A stretch of 56,444 nt of DNA, counting the filler, from Dimargaris cristalligena (Eukaryota): assembly GCA_003614675.1 (NCBI GenBank). It is 4 parts of 4 records of this genome, joined end to end, with 100 filler letters (N's around TTAATTAATTAA, not from the genome) between each part and the next. Parts side by side here need not be neighbours in the genome. Positions count along the whole stretch, not along the records: positions 14,193 to 28,250 come from ML002968.1; positions 28,351 to 42,396 come from ML002969.1; 2 more parts are not named here. One strand, 5' to 3'. Shown piece after piece: positions 23,548-35,302 of this stretch. The position numbers and the translations under genes were made by a program. Below the pieces are notes generated by a model. The model searched no databases, was not told where the DNA came from, and saw only the letters and a program-made list of their open reading frames with translations. Position 1 is the first letter of the stretch. Each line of letters starts with the position of its first letter.

Positions 23548-25981
23548 GCTCGCGGGGAGTAGGGGGGGCGCTACGACGTGTGGGCTAAGAAGATTAAGGA
23601 ACGATAGAGAGTTGGACTAAGGATGGGTGTGAAGAGGGTTTTAAAAGAGTCAGGACATGAAAAGGGTGGTGTGTGGTCAAGTGACCAGTCTATCTTCAAT
23701 GGGAATAAGAAGCGGTGGGTGGGGTGGCCAGGGAGAGAGTATATGCGGGTGCAGAAAACAGGATAAACAGAGGGGAAAAGAGCCAAAGCGGAGGAAAGAG
23801 GAGCGCTGCCAGGAGTAAAAGGAGGGGGTGATATATTAATAAGCGAGCGCAGAGGGAATAGGGAGGGGGGTTCGTTGGCCTAGGGGCTTGGGTAGAGGTA
23901 GTTGTAGTAGTAGCCAGGTCGGCAGTCGAACAGGTACGGCAGCAGCGACGTAGGGGCGGACATACCAAGGACCAGCAGGACTTGACTAGAAATGAGAGTA
24001 TAGAGGGTGTGACACAGGCCGACGGCGGTTAGCGAAAGGAAACGGAGTTTGAAATATATATATAACTATAGGGAACTGAGCCAAGTAAGAGAGAAAGTTG
24101 CGGAATTAAAGAGAATCACAAACGAAGGCATTCAAGGTTGAGCCAGGTTAGAAATAAGTCGCTTGCTTATTCTGGCCATGTATGTACTTCCCTGGAGTGC
24201 TTTCCCCGCTATTGCATACTCCCATATCTAATATATACATATACACACGCGCTGGCCCAGCCTCCACTGTTGGGTAATGGAAATCCCCCCCAAAAAATCA
24301 AAACAAACGGCTGATTTTCTGTGGTTCTATTTCGGTATCCTCTTCCTCAACTCAACCTCTATTTTTGGCTTCTTATTTGCCGCACCACACTATACTATAC
24401 TCTACTGCACTGTTCCGCCATGTATGGTTGGTCGTGCGGGGGAAGAGAACACTGGTTGGATATAGAAAGTGGTGAACACCTGCAGCTATACTTGACGCCT
24501 CGCAATAGGTGGATGGATTAATTCATGGCTCAACATACCCCTTCTAGAAATGGATATCCCTCTGCCACGCGTGTGGCTGTCCACAATTCACCATTTGTTT
24601 ATCAGCAGCTGCCATGCTCTTCCCATTGCTATTGATATTAGTATTTCGAACAACCGCGCCACCCCAACAATTGCTGAGCGCGGGGCTGCACACCATTATA
24701 ATTTGATCCATCAACGCTACCTGCCGATTGTTCCGCATGTACAGGTCTCCGCCACAGCGTATGACCGGTTGCTGCTCTGCCATGATCTGGGGTTTTCCGA
24801 GTGGCTTGAATCTCCGGCCCCAAGAGTATAGAATTTTGTTAAAATGTAATGACGGCGCAGTAAGACGACTCTCACCCCCCACGGCCCCAGTGTCTGTACG
24901 GTAGTGTAGTATTGATAAATGGCCCAAAGCGGTAATGGTGGGGCGGGAATCCAGGGCCAGAGACTGATTTAATCATTGTAATAGAGCTAATTGATCACCT
25001 CGGTTCTACGTATTGGAATGGAGAAGCCACTGGGAACCCCATCATTGCCCGTCGAGAGGTGGTTGAGTCCCGCTTCCCCCCGTAGAGTGGTAGTTCGGGA
25101 TTGACATTTGTTCACAGAGACCGAATAATGTCTTCTATTCACCTACTGTAGCTCTGGTCAAACGGTCGACGTAGAGCTGTGTAGCACCAACCTGGAAATC
25201 GATTCTTTCTAGCTGATCGTGACGCTGGCGATGGTGACAGCGACGGCGCAAGAAGGGGTAGGAGGGCTGCGAATCGGTCGTCATCGCACATTGCTCTTTG
25301 AATGAAGGAGAGTGTAGAAAGGGGCATTATCTTCAGTCACTTTGGCGAATGATTTCCATCGTTTGGTTACTTCTCTAGCAAGATTCAGGAGACTCAGCCT
25401 GTGCCACACACACTGCACTTCGTAGTCGCCTGGACTCATTGGGCCAGGGGAAGTTGACCGTCTAGGAATTTTACACGTCCATTGGCCGAGAGGCTGAATA
25501 GTACAGGCAGAGAGAGGCACACAAGGTATAGTCGCAAATGGTTTTGGAGTTATCATCATCTAGGCCCGAATACGCACAGGCCTTCTATAAAACCCTGCCG
25601 AAATAGATGGCCACGTCTTACCGGACAGGTGAGGGTCCGAGAGGAATAAATATAATTATTATTGCAGTGTGTAAAAGTAAAATATAATAAAATGAAATGA
25701 AACGGGCCATCCTGGGGAAGTATTAGAACTGACTATTAGCCCTAAAAGATTGACCCACCCCTAGACTAGCGTTTTAAAATCCCGCCATATTGGGACTGTA
25801 ATGGCTGTGGTCTTACTATACCGCCTGGTAAAAATGGGCCTCACAGGACTACCACCCACAGGCAGCCGAGTCATTGGCCCAACTTGGTACCTGAGTTAGC
25901 TCATTAGCCCATTTACAAATTCTCAGTCCTGTTTCGGTATTGCTCGATTCTTGTTGTAGTCAGGGTTTTATAGCTGCTCTT

Positions 25982-26007
<26 letters not shown>
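25982..26007. repeat. (TA)13 microsatellite just upstream of SEC6
   Basis: Seen directly, ~45 nt before the ATG at 26053. Confidence 0.9.
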
Positions 26008-26013
<6 letters not shown>

Positions 26014-26052
26014 TACATATACCGCCCACTTCCATCTCCGCCGGTTAAAGCC

Positions 26053-28250
26053 ATGGAGGACCTCCACCAATTAGCCATGGTTCGACTCAGCGAACTCCTG
26101 AAGCATCCAGATGACTTGAATTTCAAAGTGGAAGTGCTTCGCCGCAAACTTCTCAAGGAAAAGCGGGTACTGGAGACTCAACTTAACACCGATGTTCAAC
26201 GCCAATTCGACGAAATCAAGGACGGTCTGCAGTGGATGGGCCGTAGTCCCGACCATGTCGGCCAGCTCCGTCGCCGGGTGGCTAAAATTGACCAACTCTG
26301 CCAGGAGGCCAAACTCTGGATACCCCATTATGACCGCATTGCCAAGGTACGTCGAGCTGCAACTCCATATACTGGAATCTAGCGACTGTTTTCCGAGATA
26401 GTCGTTTAGTTAGACAACATACGCACAGAGTGTGGGTAAATCATTACCGACTGGCGCCCCAGCCCCAGCTCTCCTTCCCGCTTTTATATAATTATAATGC
26501 CCATTCTATTCGATATCCCCCGTATCACACTGTATCCTCCAAATTACCCCCATCAGATTTCCTGCACCCACCGCAATTTCTTAGCCACCATCGATTTCGT
26601 TAAGGAATTCCAAACTTTTCACGATAAGCGCCAGCTTGTTACCCACCTCCTCGACCAGGCCGAAACTCAGATGGAAACCCTCGACATCAACGTCCTCAAA
26701 GTCCACTACGAACTCCACCAGCTCGAGGAACTCCGGGACCGTTCCATGCACTACACGTCCGACGGCAATCGCGATGTCACCCAGGCCCTGGGCCGGATGT
26801 TCGGCCATATGGATACTCTCAGCCAGCGCTTCGAATCCATGTTGTGGATGCTCGCCGAGCACATTTTTGAACTGGCCGAGCAGCTGCGTTTTGATCTCAT
26901 CGTCCAGATTCTCAAGGTCGTGGAATACGAAGAGAAACGGGACCACCAAGAGTCGGTACTACGCAGTAAATCTGGCCTCGAAACCAACCATGTGCGATGG
27001 AAGCGGGAAACCCGACACTATAAGGAAACCCTATTGGAGACCCTGTCGCGTGCTATTGCGCATCGGCTCGAGGCAGTACTGGGTCAACCGGCCTCGCAGT
27101 TATCCCCCCCGACGGGCGAGGATAATAATGGTGGCACTCCCCCTCCGCTGTCGCCGGAGGAAATGGACGCGGCGCTGGCGTCGTTTGGCGAACTGACCGA
27201 CCACGTGATTCATAACCTCGCCCTCGTCCAGAACCACATTGCTCCCTGTTTCCCCCCGGACTACGACATTATGCCCTTCTTCGTGAAACAGTTCCACCAG
27301 ACCATTTTCCACCATATCCAACGGCTCATTGGGAGTGAAATGGACGGCGGGATCATTCTGGAACTGCTCCGGGTCAGCCAGGAGTATCACGTTACCGTGG
27401 TTCAGACCCTGGGTATCCCGCCCGAATGGCTGGAGCCCAAACTCCTCGATGGCAAGGAGGATGCCCTCATCCAGGAATATCTGGCCATTGTGCGCAAGAA
27501 GTTGCGCGAATGGGTCGACAATCTCATGGCCACCGAAGCAGCCGAATTCCGTAACCGCACCAAACCCCCCGAACTGGACGCCGATAACCTCTACTGTCTC
27601 CAGGCCTCCGTTATTCTATTCCAAATTGTCAACGAACAGGTCGAATTGGCCTGCGAATCCAACCGGGGTCGCCTCATTTTTGACGTGGTTTGCGAGTGTA
27701 ATAATGTGTTCCGGAGCACCCAGCAGCAATGGAAACGCCTCTTGGACTCGGAATACCGCCGGCAAATCACCAATGCGGGCGCCGATACTCCCCCGGGTTT
27801 GGTGGACTATGTCATTGCCTTAGCTAACGACCACCTGCGGTCCGTGGAGTACACCGAAAGTGTACTCCAGCGGGTCAACGAAGCGGTCAATCGGACGTAC
27901 CAGGAGCGGCTCCACGGCGAACTGTCCATCGCCATGGACGCGTTCATGCACACCGCCAAGGCGTGCTGTATCTCACTGTGTCAGATTGTGTTCAACGACG
28001 TCATGCCCGTATTCCAGAAACTATTCACCCCGGCCTGGTACAAGGACGACGTCCTCCAGGCCGTGGTCCTCACCCTCCAAGACTACACATCCGATTTCCG
28101 TAGTCATCTCCACCAATACCTCTTTGAACTGGTGATTAAACATATCCTAGAGCGGTTCGCCACCCTTTACCTCGACGCTGTTCACAACAAAGGTGCTCGC
28201 TTCACCCGGCCCATTAGCGTAGAGAAATTCCGCTCCGATATTGAATCAGT
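26053..28250 (+). CDS. SEC6: Exocyst complex component Sec6 (EXOC3), 3'-truncated at the contig end
   Basis: Exon 1 is 26053-26346 (donor GTACGT) and exon 2 runs from 26557 to the gap, in frame. Sec6-like motifs: LLKHPDDL, LKVHYELHQLEELRD, CFPPDYDIMPFFVKQFH, LFQIVNEQV, PGLVDYVIALANDH, IVFNDVMPVFQKLFTPAWY. Confidence 0.92.
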
Positions 28251-28350
28251 NNNNNNNNNNNNNNNNNNNNNNNNNNNNNNNNNNNNNNNNNNNNTTAATT
28301 AATTAANNNNNNNNNNNNNNNNNNNNNNNNNNNNNNNNNNNNNNNNNNNN
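28251..28350. other. Artificial contig spacer
   Basis: 44 N + TTAATTAATTAA + 44 N. Confidence 0.97.
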
Positions 28351-28403
28351 TATCTCAATTGTCTTCATTTTAGTTTTCGGTTATTTTAACCCCTACGATC
28401 CGT
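28351..28403 (+). repeat. 53-bp direct copy of 29287-29339 (one mismatch) at the contig start
   Basis: TATCTCAATTGTCTTCATTTTAGTTTTCGGTTATTTTAACCCCTACG(A/G)TCCGT occurs at both positions. Confidence 0.9.
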
Positions 28404-29142
28404 CGACTCTTAATACGCCACAGCGTTGTGCTAAGTGCCGGACCTTGATTGGTGATACCTGGTTCCGCCTGTCGGACGGACGCCAGCTTCACCCCGACTG
28501 TTTCAGCTGCGCCGGCTGCCAACGGCTGATTGAAGATGGTATGTACGTGATCGAACAGGGCCAGGAGTACCACCAAAAGTGCGTTCCCATCAAGCCCCCC
28601 CCGTGGTTAGCGCCGAAGTGCGACCCACAAGTCCCGTCGATCCGTTGGCTGACCACTGCGACCGGTGTCGAGGTGTGCTCGATGGCCCTCGCTTCCAACT
28701 GACCAACGGTAAACGCTACCACCCCGATTGTTTCATTTGCTCCGGTTGCCAAAAATTGTTCGAGGAGGGCACTTACGTGTGCTACGAGGGCCAGGAATAC
28801 CACCGGGAGTGTGTGCCTAAGATGAATATACTTCGCTGTGGTAAATGCCGGTGCCTCATCAATGGCATTTTCGTCCGCCACAATTCGCACTCGTATCACC
28901 CCCAGTGTTTTACCTGTGCCGACTGCGGACATGAAATCACCCCGCAGATGCCCTTTGGCGAACACCAGGGTCACCCCTATTGCGAACCCTGTCTTAACGT
29001 GAAGGTCGCCAATTCCGTATACTCGTCCCCCGCTGTCCGTCCTTATGTCATTTCGGCGGCCATGTCGCACCGTAATCGGGATCGGTCTCCCTCGCAAAAT
29101 CTCAAGAACCCACCGCCCCATATTTCCAAGGTGGTGTACTAA
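28397..29142 (+). CDS. Multi-LIM zinc-finger protein (three LIM domains visible), 5'-partial, frameshifted at C8 28595-28602
   Basis: LIM1 CAKC..HPDCFSCAGC..YHQKC is in one frame. LIM2 CDRC..HPDCFICSGC..YHREC and LIM3 CGKC..HPQCFTCADC..YCEPC are in another. One extra C joins the two frames. Confidence 0.88.
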
Positions 29143-32100
29143 GTTCGAGGCTAGCACGCGGGCATTATATATATAATTTGTTAATCGTTTTCTCTAGCTC
29201 TCCCGCTTTTCTAGAAAACCCTACATTCTCAATGTTCATCAGCCAGTTGTTTCTTCTCTTGTCCAGAGATTCAAGGCGACCTCCCCTATCTCAATTGTCT
29301 TCATTTTAGTTTTCGGTTATTTTAACCCCTACGGTCCGTTGGCCCTATTCCAAGGTTTGTTTTAACTGTATTTTTCCCCTACTGTACCAATTTGCCAGTG
29401 GACCACTCGGTCAGTATTTGTACTTTGCCACCATAAATCCACTTCCCCCATTCTACTTTTTTCTTTCTTATTTTAGTATTTGCTAGCCTGTCGATCTTCG
29501 CTTCCATATTTTTCCATTATTTATATTTGCAATTGCAGATGTCCGGTTTCCGCTTGGAGCTCCCCAAGTACCACTTCTTCTTCTACGGAATGTTGTCCCC
29601 TTCGCCATTACTAGTATCGGCTCTCTTCTTCTCTGGTAGTCTTCTTTATTATTACCCATCTCTATAGTTTTTCGCCCTACCCCCTTAATATTGTTTCGGA
29701 AGGTGTACCCTTCTCGCCATAACCATTGCCAACCCATCTACTGATATTGTGTTTTATATTTTTCTTCTTGCTGTTTCCTTTCACGCGCCACCTTACGCTT
29801 GTTTAACCTCATCGCCCCAGGTTATTGACAATTTAGTGCTAATGCAATGTCCTCTTCGATTCCATTCCAACAGCCTAGTTTGCTCCCGCCACTATTATCT
29901 TTCCTTTTTACCCCGACGCCATACTACTATATGGCCTCCGCTAATGATGCTTGCTTTGCCATTATTATTAACAATCATTCCTTCCACCCCAATATATATT
30001 TTCTATATAGCTTTTATTTTTGTTCTACGATCCACTCTATCCGTTTCTGGCAATCCTGCCCACATTCTCTTTTCGGTCTCATTGATTCTTTATTTTTTTT
30101 ATACTCCTTCTTTTAATGATTCAGAGGGTGCTGGCACATTCAATCCCCCCTCTGGCTTCACCCATACTGCACATGTCAACCCCTCGTTCTCAACCCCCCC
30201 CTCCCCGTTATCCCATCATCCCTCCTTTCCAATCGGCTCACTTATAAATAAATAAAATAATTTGTTTAATCCAGTAGCTTTAGCTGATGTATTAGCACCG
30301 AAGGATTCGGAGTGATGAAGACTACTTGTCACGGAGTAGACTGTCCAGAGAGACCCGATCTCAAGTGAAAGATTTAAGTGTAAAATATTTATATAGGAGT
30401 TTGACTGGTTTAGAAATATGTCAGACTAGCTTGAAAATCGATCATTTTTTATCTTCATTATAAAAATCCGGGAGGGAGGATGTCTTTAATAAATTATTTT
30501 TAAATTGAGTAGGAAAATAAGGACGTTTTGGTAAAGTTGTCGAGTGTATATATTTTTTCGAATATAGTGGCGTTTGGGCTTAGCAATACTTTGATTTAGT
30601 CGCTTGTCGGTACGAGCTTCGTTTGGAGTAGATACGGAGACAAACTTGCTCCTCGGGGAGCTGAGTCTTTGAAAAAAGGGGGATAGGCGAAAAACATTGG
30701 GCCGAATGAATGTATTCCTACTGTATTGCAGAGCGATATAAAAAGTATATACCGGCGAATCCGGGGGATTCTAATGTGGTGTGGTTAGTTCCCTAATGAC
30801 CCGTTTACAATCATTCTAGGATCAACGACAGTATATAAGCTTCAGTCGGCGGGGTGAGTGACCCCGGGCCTCGATACCTCTTTCATATTATCCACTAGCG
30901 CCCGCACCAGAGGGTCCCTCTTTTGGCTGTAATGTTTTTTTTTTTGAAAATGTTTATTGTTGGTTTTTTGTTTGAAAAGGCCAGGTGGGCCAGTGATCGC
31001 ATCCTTTCCTAGCCGGTATTTGCAGTTGCCCGGGAATGGTCTGTAATAAATGGGGGGAGGGTTGGTCTGAAAGGCGGGGGCTGGGGCTTGTTTCATCGCC
31101 ATGCCATACTCATTATTTGGTTTTCCCTGGGCGGAATCGGAGGGGGGGAGGACTATAAAGGATGCCCAGATTTAGTAGTCGAATTATTCCGTCCAATGGG
31201 TAATGGCGTGGCTTGGTGTTTCACCATACTGTGAAAAAATAAGTCTGTGGGTTCTTGGTCTATTACAACCTAGACTGAGGTGAGTCAATTAAACTGTGCG
31301 GATGGACAGTTCATCTTTCTCAGGGTAACCACTACATTACTTACGGATAACTGCCCGGTTTTTGATATATCTATTTCTCTAGTCAATCTGATCCCCACCT
31401 CCCCCCCTTCCGTGCCCCATACCTATTCGAAAACGGGACCACTGGGTAGCCCCATGTTGGTAACTTTGCTCCCCTATCGGCAAGGCCTTTGAGATGTATT
31501 CGAACGATTTGTTGGTTAGTAGGAGCTTTTTTAATAAGCCCCGTCAACTGCAATATGACATGTGAAAATAGGCTACTCCGTGGTCGGAGAGGGTCGTATG
31601 TCCGATTGGGCGGGGGTTGGGATTGGTCACTGGTTTGAAAAACGTACGGCCTCATCACTAATCATCATTAATCACCATTAATCTTTAGCGTGTTTAGCTA
31701 TTTAGTGGAACGCCCCATTATACCAAGGGATGTAAATATATACTACTGGCTGATGTCCGAAAGTACAATTCAAAAATTGGCCACCACTATTCGTTAAGTT
31801 GGCTGGATCCGGTTTTCCTCGAATTCCACACCCCCTCCCTCCCCTTTCGTGTAATCCACACCGAGACATCCTAAACGCTCTTTTACTACAGGCGTGTCTA
31901 GTCGCCGATTCTTGGGTATGTAGGCGCTTCTCAGCCGAGGATCATCCACTGTCTGTACGCAAGGAAACACTCGCGAAGGGTGGGTATGTATGTGTGGTGT
32001 TGGAGTGAGAGGAACAATGCCGCTAAGGATCGAAATGTATACCCATTTTCCTAGGGGTCGACCCTTTAAAAACCCTGTGTGCGCTCCCAACCTAAAGCTG

Positions 32101-33347
32101 GGTTTATGATCCCTGGCCTAGCTCTGTCTTTTTTTGCATTGTCGATTTACATTTCTTTGGCGTGTTTATCCCACTCCAACAGGTCGACATGAAGCTGGCG
32201 TTGATGCATAGCGCTTTTGTATTCACATACCCTTTCTTTAGAGGACGGGTGCGGCTGGCTGTCGGGCGGGGGAATTTCTAGAGGAATACTAAACTTCAGT
32301 AGGGGGATTCTTTGCAGGTAAGTGGTAGCATACGGGGAGCTCAATGGATTCCCTTTTTTAGGCAATGGTAAGGATCGTCCGATAATGACCCGTCATCAAC
32401 CACTTTTTACCAGGGGGAAGGCGGTCTTTCCTTTATAATTCATAAAATGCCCAATTCCTACGATGGGTTAGGGTAGTGTATCCTACTCTAGCTCTTGGTT
32501 TCCCTACTATTCTTGCACTGGGCCTCAATACATCTCCCGCAACTGTGTTTTTTATCCGAATCCGCCATTGTACATGGGCCACTCCCATGTGGGAAACGTT
32601 GGACATCCCTTTATAAGGAAACATTTGTTTTGGGAGGCCGGACTTTCCAACTGAAACCTGGTATCGTTCTGTGTCTTCCATTTATATTTCTCTTTCAACT
32701 ACATACAGTCGCAACGAATCTTTCTCCTTCGGGTGTAGGTCGGATGGTGCCATTTCTTTTTTGTTTCTTCATTCACGATTGTCACTATCAAACCAGTTAT
32801 CCGGGGGGAGGGGATCCAACATCGTATTACCCAATAACTTTCCCTAGTACAAACTAAAAGCAATTCAACAAAGGGTAATTATTATCTATTCATCAATGTT
32901 TCTGGGTCCCTGTGGTAGAGCAGTCTCCGCACACCAATTAGACGCACACCTCCCTAATAGCGGGCCGCTAATCCCCACCAGACAACCGGCTCTTTGCACC
33001 GAACTCCAAATTTTATCATACCTACTTGACTGTATAGCATGTTATTATATATAAGCTACCACCGCCCTCTACCTACTACCAACCGATCCTATGGGTATTT
33101 CGATGCTTGTGCTTGTAGTAATATATATATCTTACCGCCCTAACCTCCCATTTAGGCTAAACAAGCCTCCATAGTTGTACACATCATTTCGGAGTATTAT
33201 TTTCCCCTGCATCACCCACTCGCCATCCATTTACTGTTCATTAGTCTACCACACTTCTAGGGTACATATCCAACCTATTTTCATTTTTTATTCCCTATTT
33301 AATTTACACTTCCTCGGCTAGGCGAATTTTCTTAGCCACTCGTGAAC

Positions 33348-35302
33348 ATGTCTAGGCTCTACGTTTCTCTTTCGGGTATCTCATACCTAGCCTCATATTC
33401 AACCACCATGCATACTGATTCCGCCTTGGCCCAGTTCTTATGGGGCACCGCCCGTTCCACCGGATATGCCCGCGCTTCTTTTCTTGTGGCAGTCACCTCT
33501 CTCGTTGTTTTGGTGGTTTGGCTTGTTCGACGGTTCACTAATGAGCCCACTTCCGTCCACCACCCCTTTCACCATGCTCCACACCAGGGAGTCAGCCTAT
33601 TTCACCACCCCCAGCCCGTTCGAGTCACTACCACTGCCACCATCACCACCACCACCGATCCATTGTCGATCCTACCCAAAGTTGATCTTTTGGCCCCATC
33701 TTCGGCCCCCGTTGAAAGTCCCCTGATGTCGACGGATAAAGTAAACCTGATTGATCTGATGAACGTTGCCTGTCCGGCCCTAACGCACCCCGACAAGGCC
33801 GTGTTCAAACCGTCCAAGTGGCTATTCAATGGGCATTTACAGACCGCAGCGATGACCAAAATGGACAGTATCAAGGGCTATGAGGTGGATTATTCACGGT
33901 AAGTAAGCGACAGCCTCGCCAAGCCTCTAATTAACCCTACCAGCGGGCAAAGGCCCGCGGACTCTGAATTTTTGTATTGTTTCTTTCTTGTTTTCTCATT
34001 TGGGGCGAGTAACAAACACCCCGGAAAATCCTAGTGGGCTGGGATGGTCACCGCCCCCTTGCCCGTACTCTTTCACACACACACACATACACATACACTC
34101 GTCCACAGTGCTCCCAGTCCAGTCTAAACTTAGCTAAATAGGAATGCCCGGCAAAGTCCAATGATATTAAAGCTTCACCATGACTAATAACGGCATTGCT
34201 GGTAATTTCTGTTCAAAACGTGTAATATATCCGAATTGGATACCCCTGTCTCTCGGATGTTGGATTGGCATCCACTATTCATCGTCCACACCTTCCCCAT
34301 GCATCCAACCAACCGACCAACTTACTTAATCGTCCCAATACCAGTGAAATCGTCGCGTTGCCCGATGGTGGCACAATCGCCCTAGACTGGTTCCCTTCCC
34401 TCGAAGTCAACCCGGATCCGAACTTGCCCATCATTTTTATTATGCATGGTCTCACCGGCGGTAGCCATGAATTCTATGTGCGTTCGTTTGTCAAGACCAT
34501 CACCGACACCCGCCACGGGTGCCGAGTGATCGTTCTCAACAACCGCGGTTGCGGGTTCTCCGAGATTGTTACTCCGAAGCTCTACAGTGCCGGCCACACC
34601 GACGACCTCCGGTTTGTGCTCCAGCGGGTACGGGACCAATTCCCCCTCACTACCCCTTTGATTGGGGTGGGTTTCTCGCTCGGGTCCAACATTCTGGTCA
34701 AGTTCGCGGGGGAAGAGGGCGACCGCTGCGTGCTCAAAGCAGCGGTTTCCGTTTCCAATCCCTTTAACGTATTAAAGACCTCCGAGCTCCTCCACGCCGG
34801 ATTCTGGAGTTCGCGGACCTACGCCCGGGTCATGCGGAACGAAATCATCGGCCTCTTTAACCGCCATCGCCATATGTTCAAGGACCCCGAGTCCGATGCT
34901 ACTATTGATTTCGATTTCGATCCGGATTCGGTAGCGCGGTGTAAAAACGTCCGGGAGTTTGACGACTTGTTCACCCGGCGCATGTTCGGTTACGCGTCCG
35001 TCCAGGATTATTACCGTAGTGCCGGGTGTGCGCCATATGTAGGCCGTGTGCGCATTCCGCTCTTGTGTGTGCATAGTTTGGACGACCCCGTGTGTTTGGC
35101 CCAGTCCATTCCCCTGCAGGCCATTCGAAATAACCCCTACGTCGTGCTGGCCACGACCGCAGCCGGGGGCCATCTCGGGTGGTTGGCGGCGGGGTCCGGG
35201 GGGCATCGCGTGCGCCCGTGGCTGGTCGATCCGGTATCCGAATTTTGTATGGCCATGGCCCAAGTGGAAGCAGTCGACTCGCCTGAGACATGTCTACTTT
35301 AG
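33348..35302 (+). CDS. Alpha/beta hydrolase of the ABHD1/2/3-Eht1/Eeb1-YheT family (acyltransferase/esterase), copy 1
   Basis: Exon 1 ends at 33898 and exon 2 is 34345-35302 (phase-2 GT-AG intron). Motifs: LFNGHLQT, LPDGGTIALDW, HGLTGGSHE, NNRGC, nucleophile GFSLG, DDP, GGHLGW; N-terminal hydrophobic helix. Alternative start at ATG 33408. Confidence 0.92.

Noticed and set aside
23880-23963. uORF upstream of the RhoGEF
   Set aside because: Its ATG is part of a GTATGT splice donor, so it most likely lies inside a 5'UTR intron.
28489-29157. Long antisense or alternate-frame ORFs over real genes (also 22876-23562, 48755-49495, 15690-16181)
   Set aside because: Shadows of GC-rich coding sequence with no recognisable domains.
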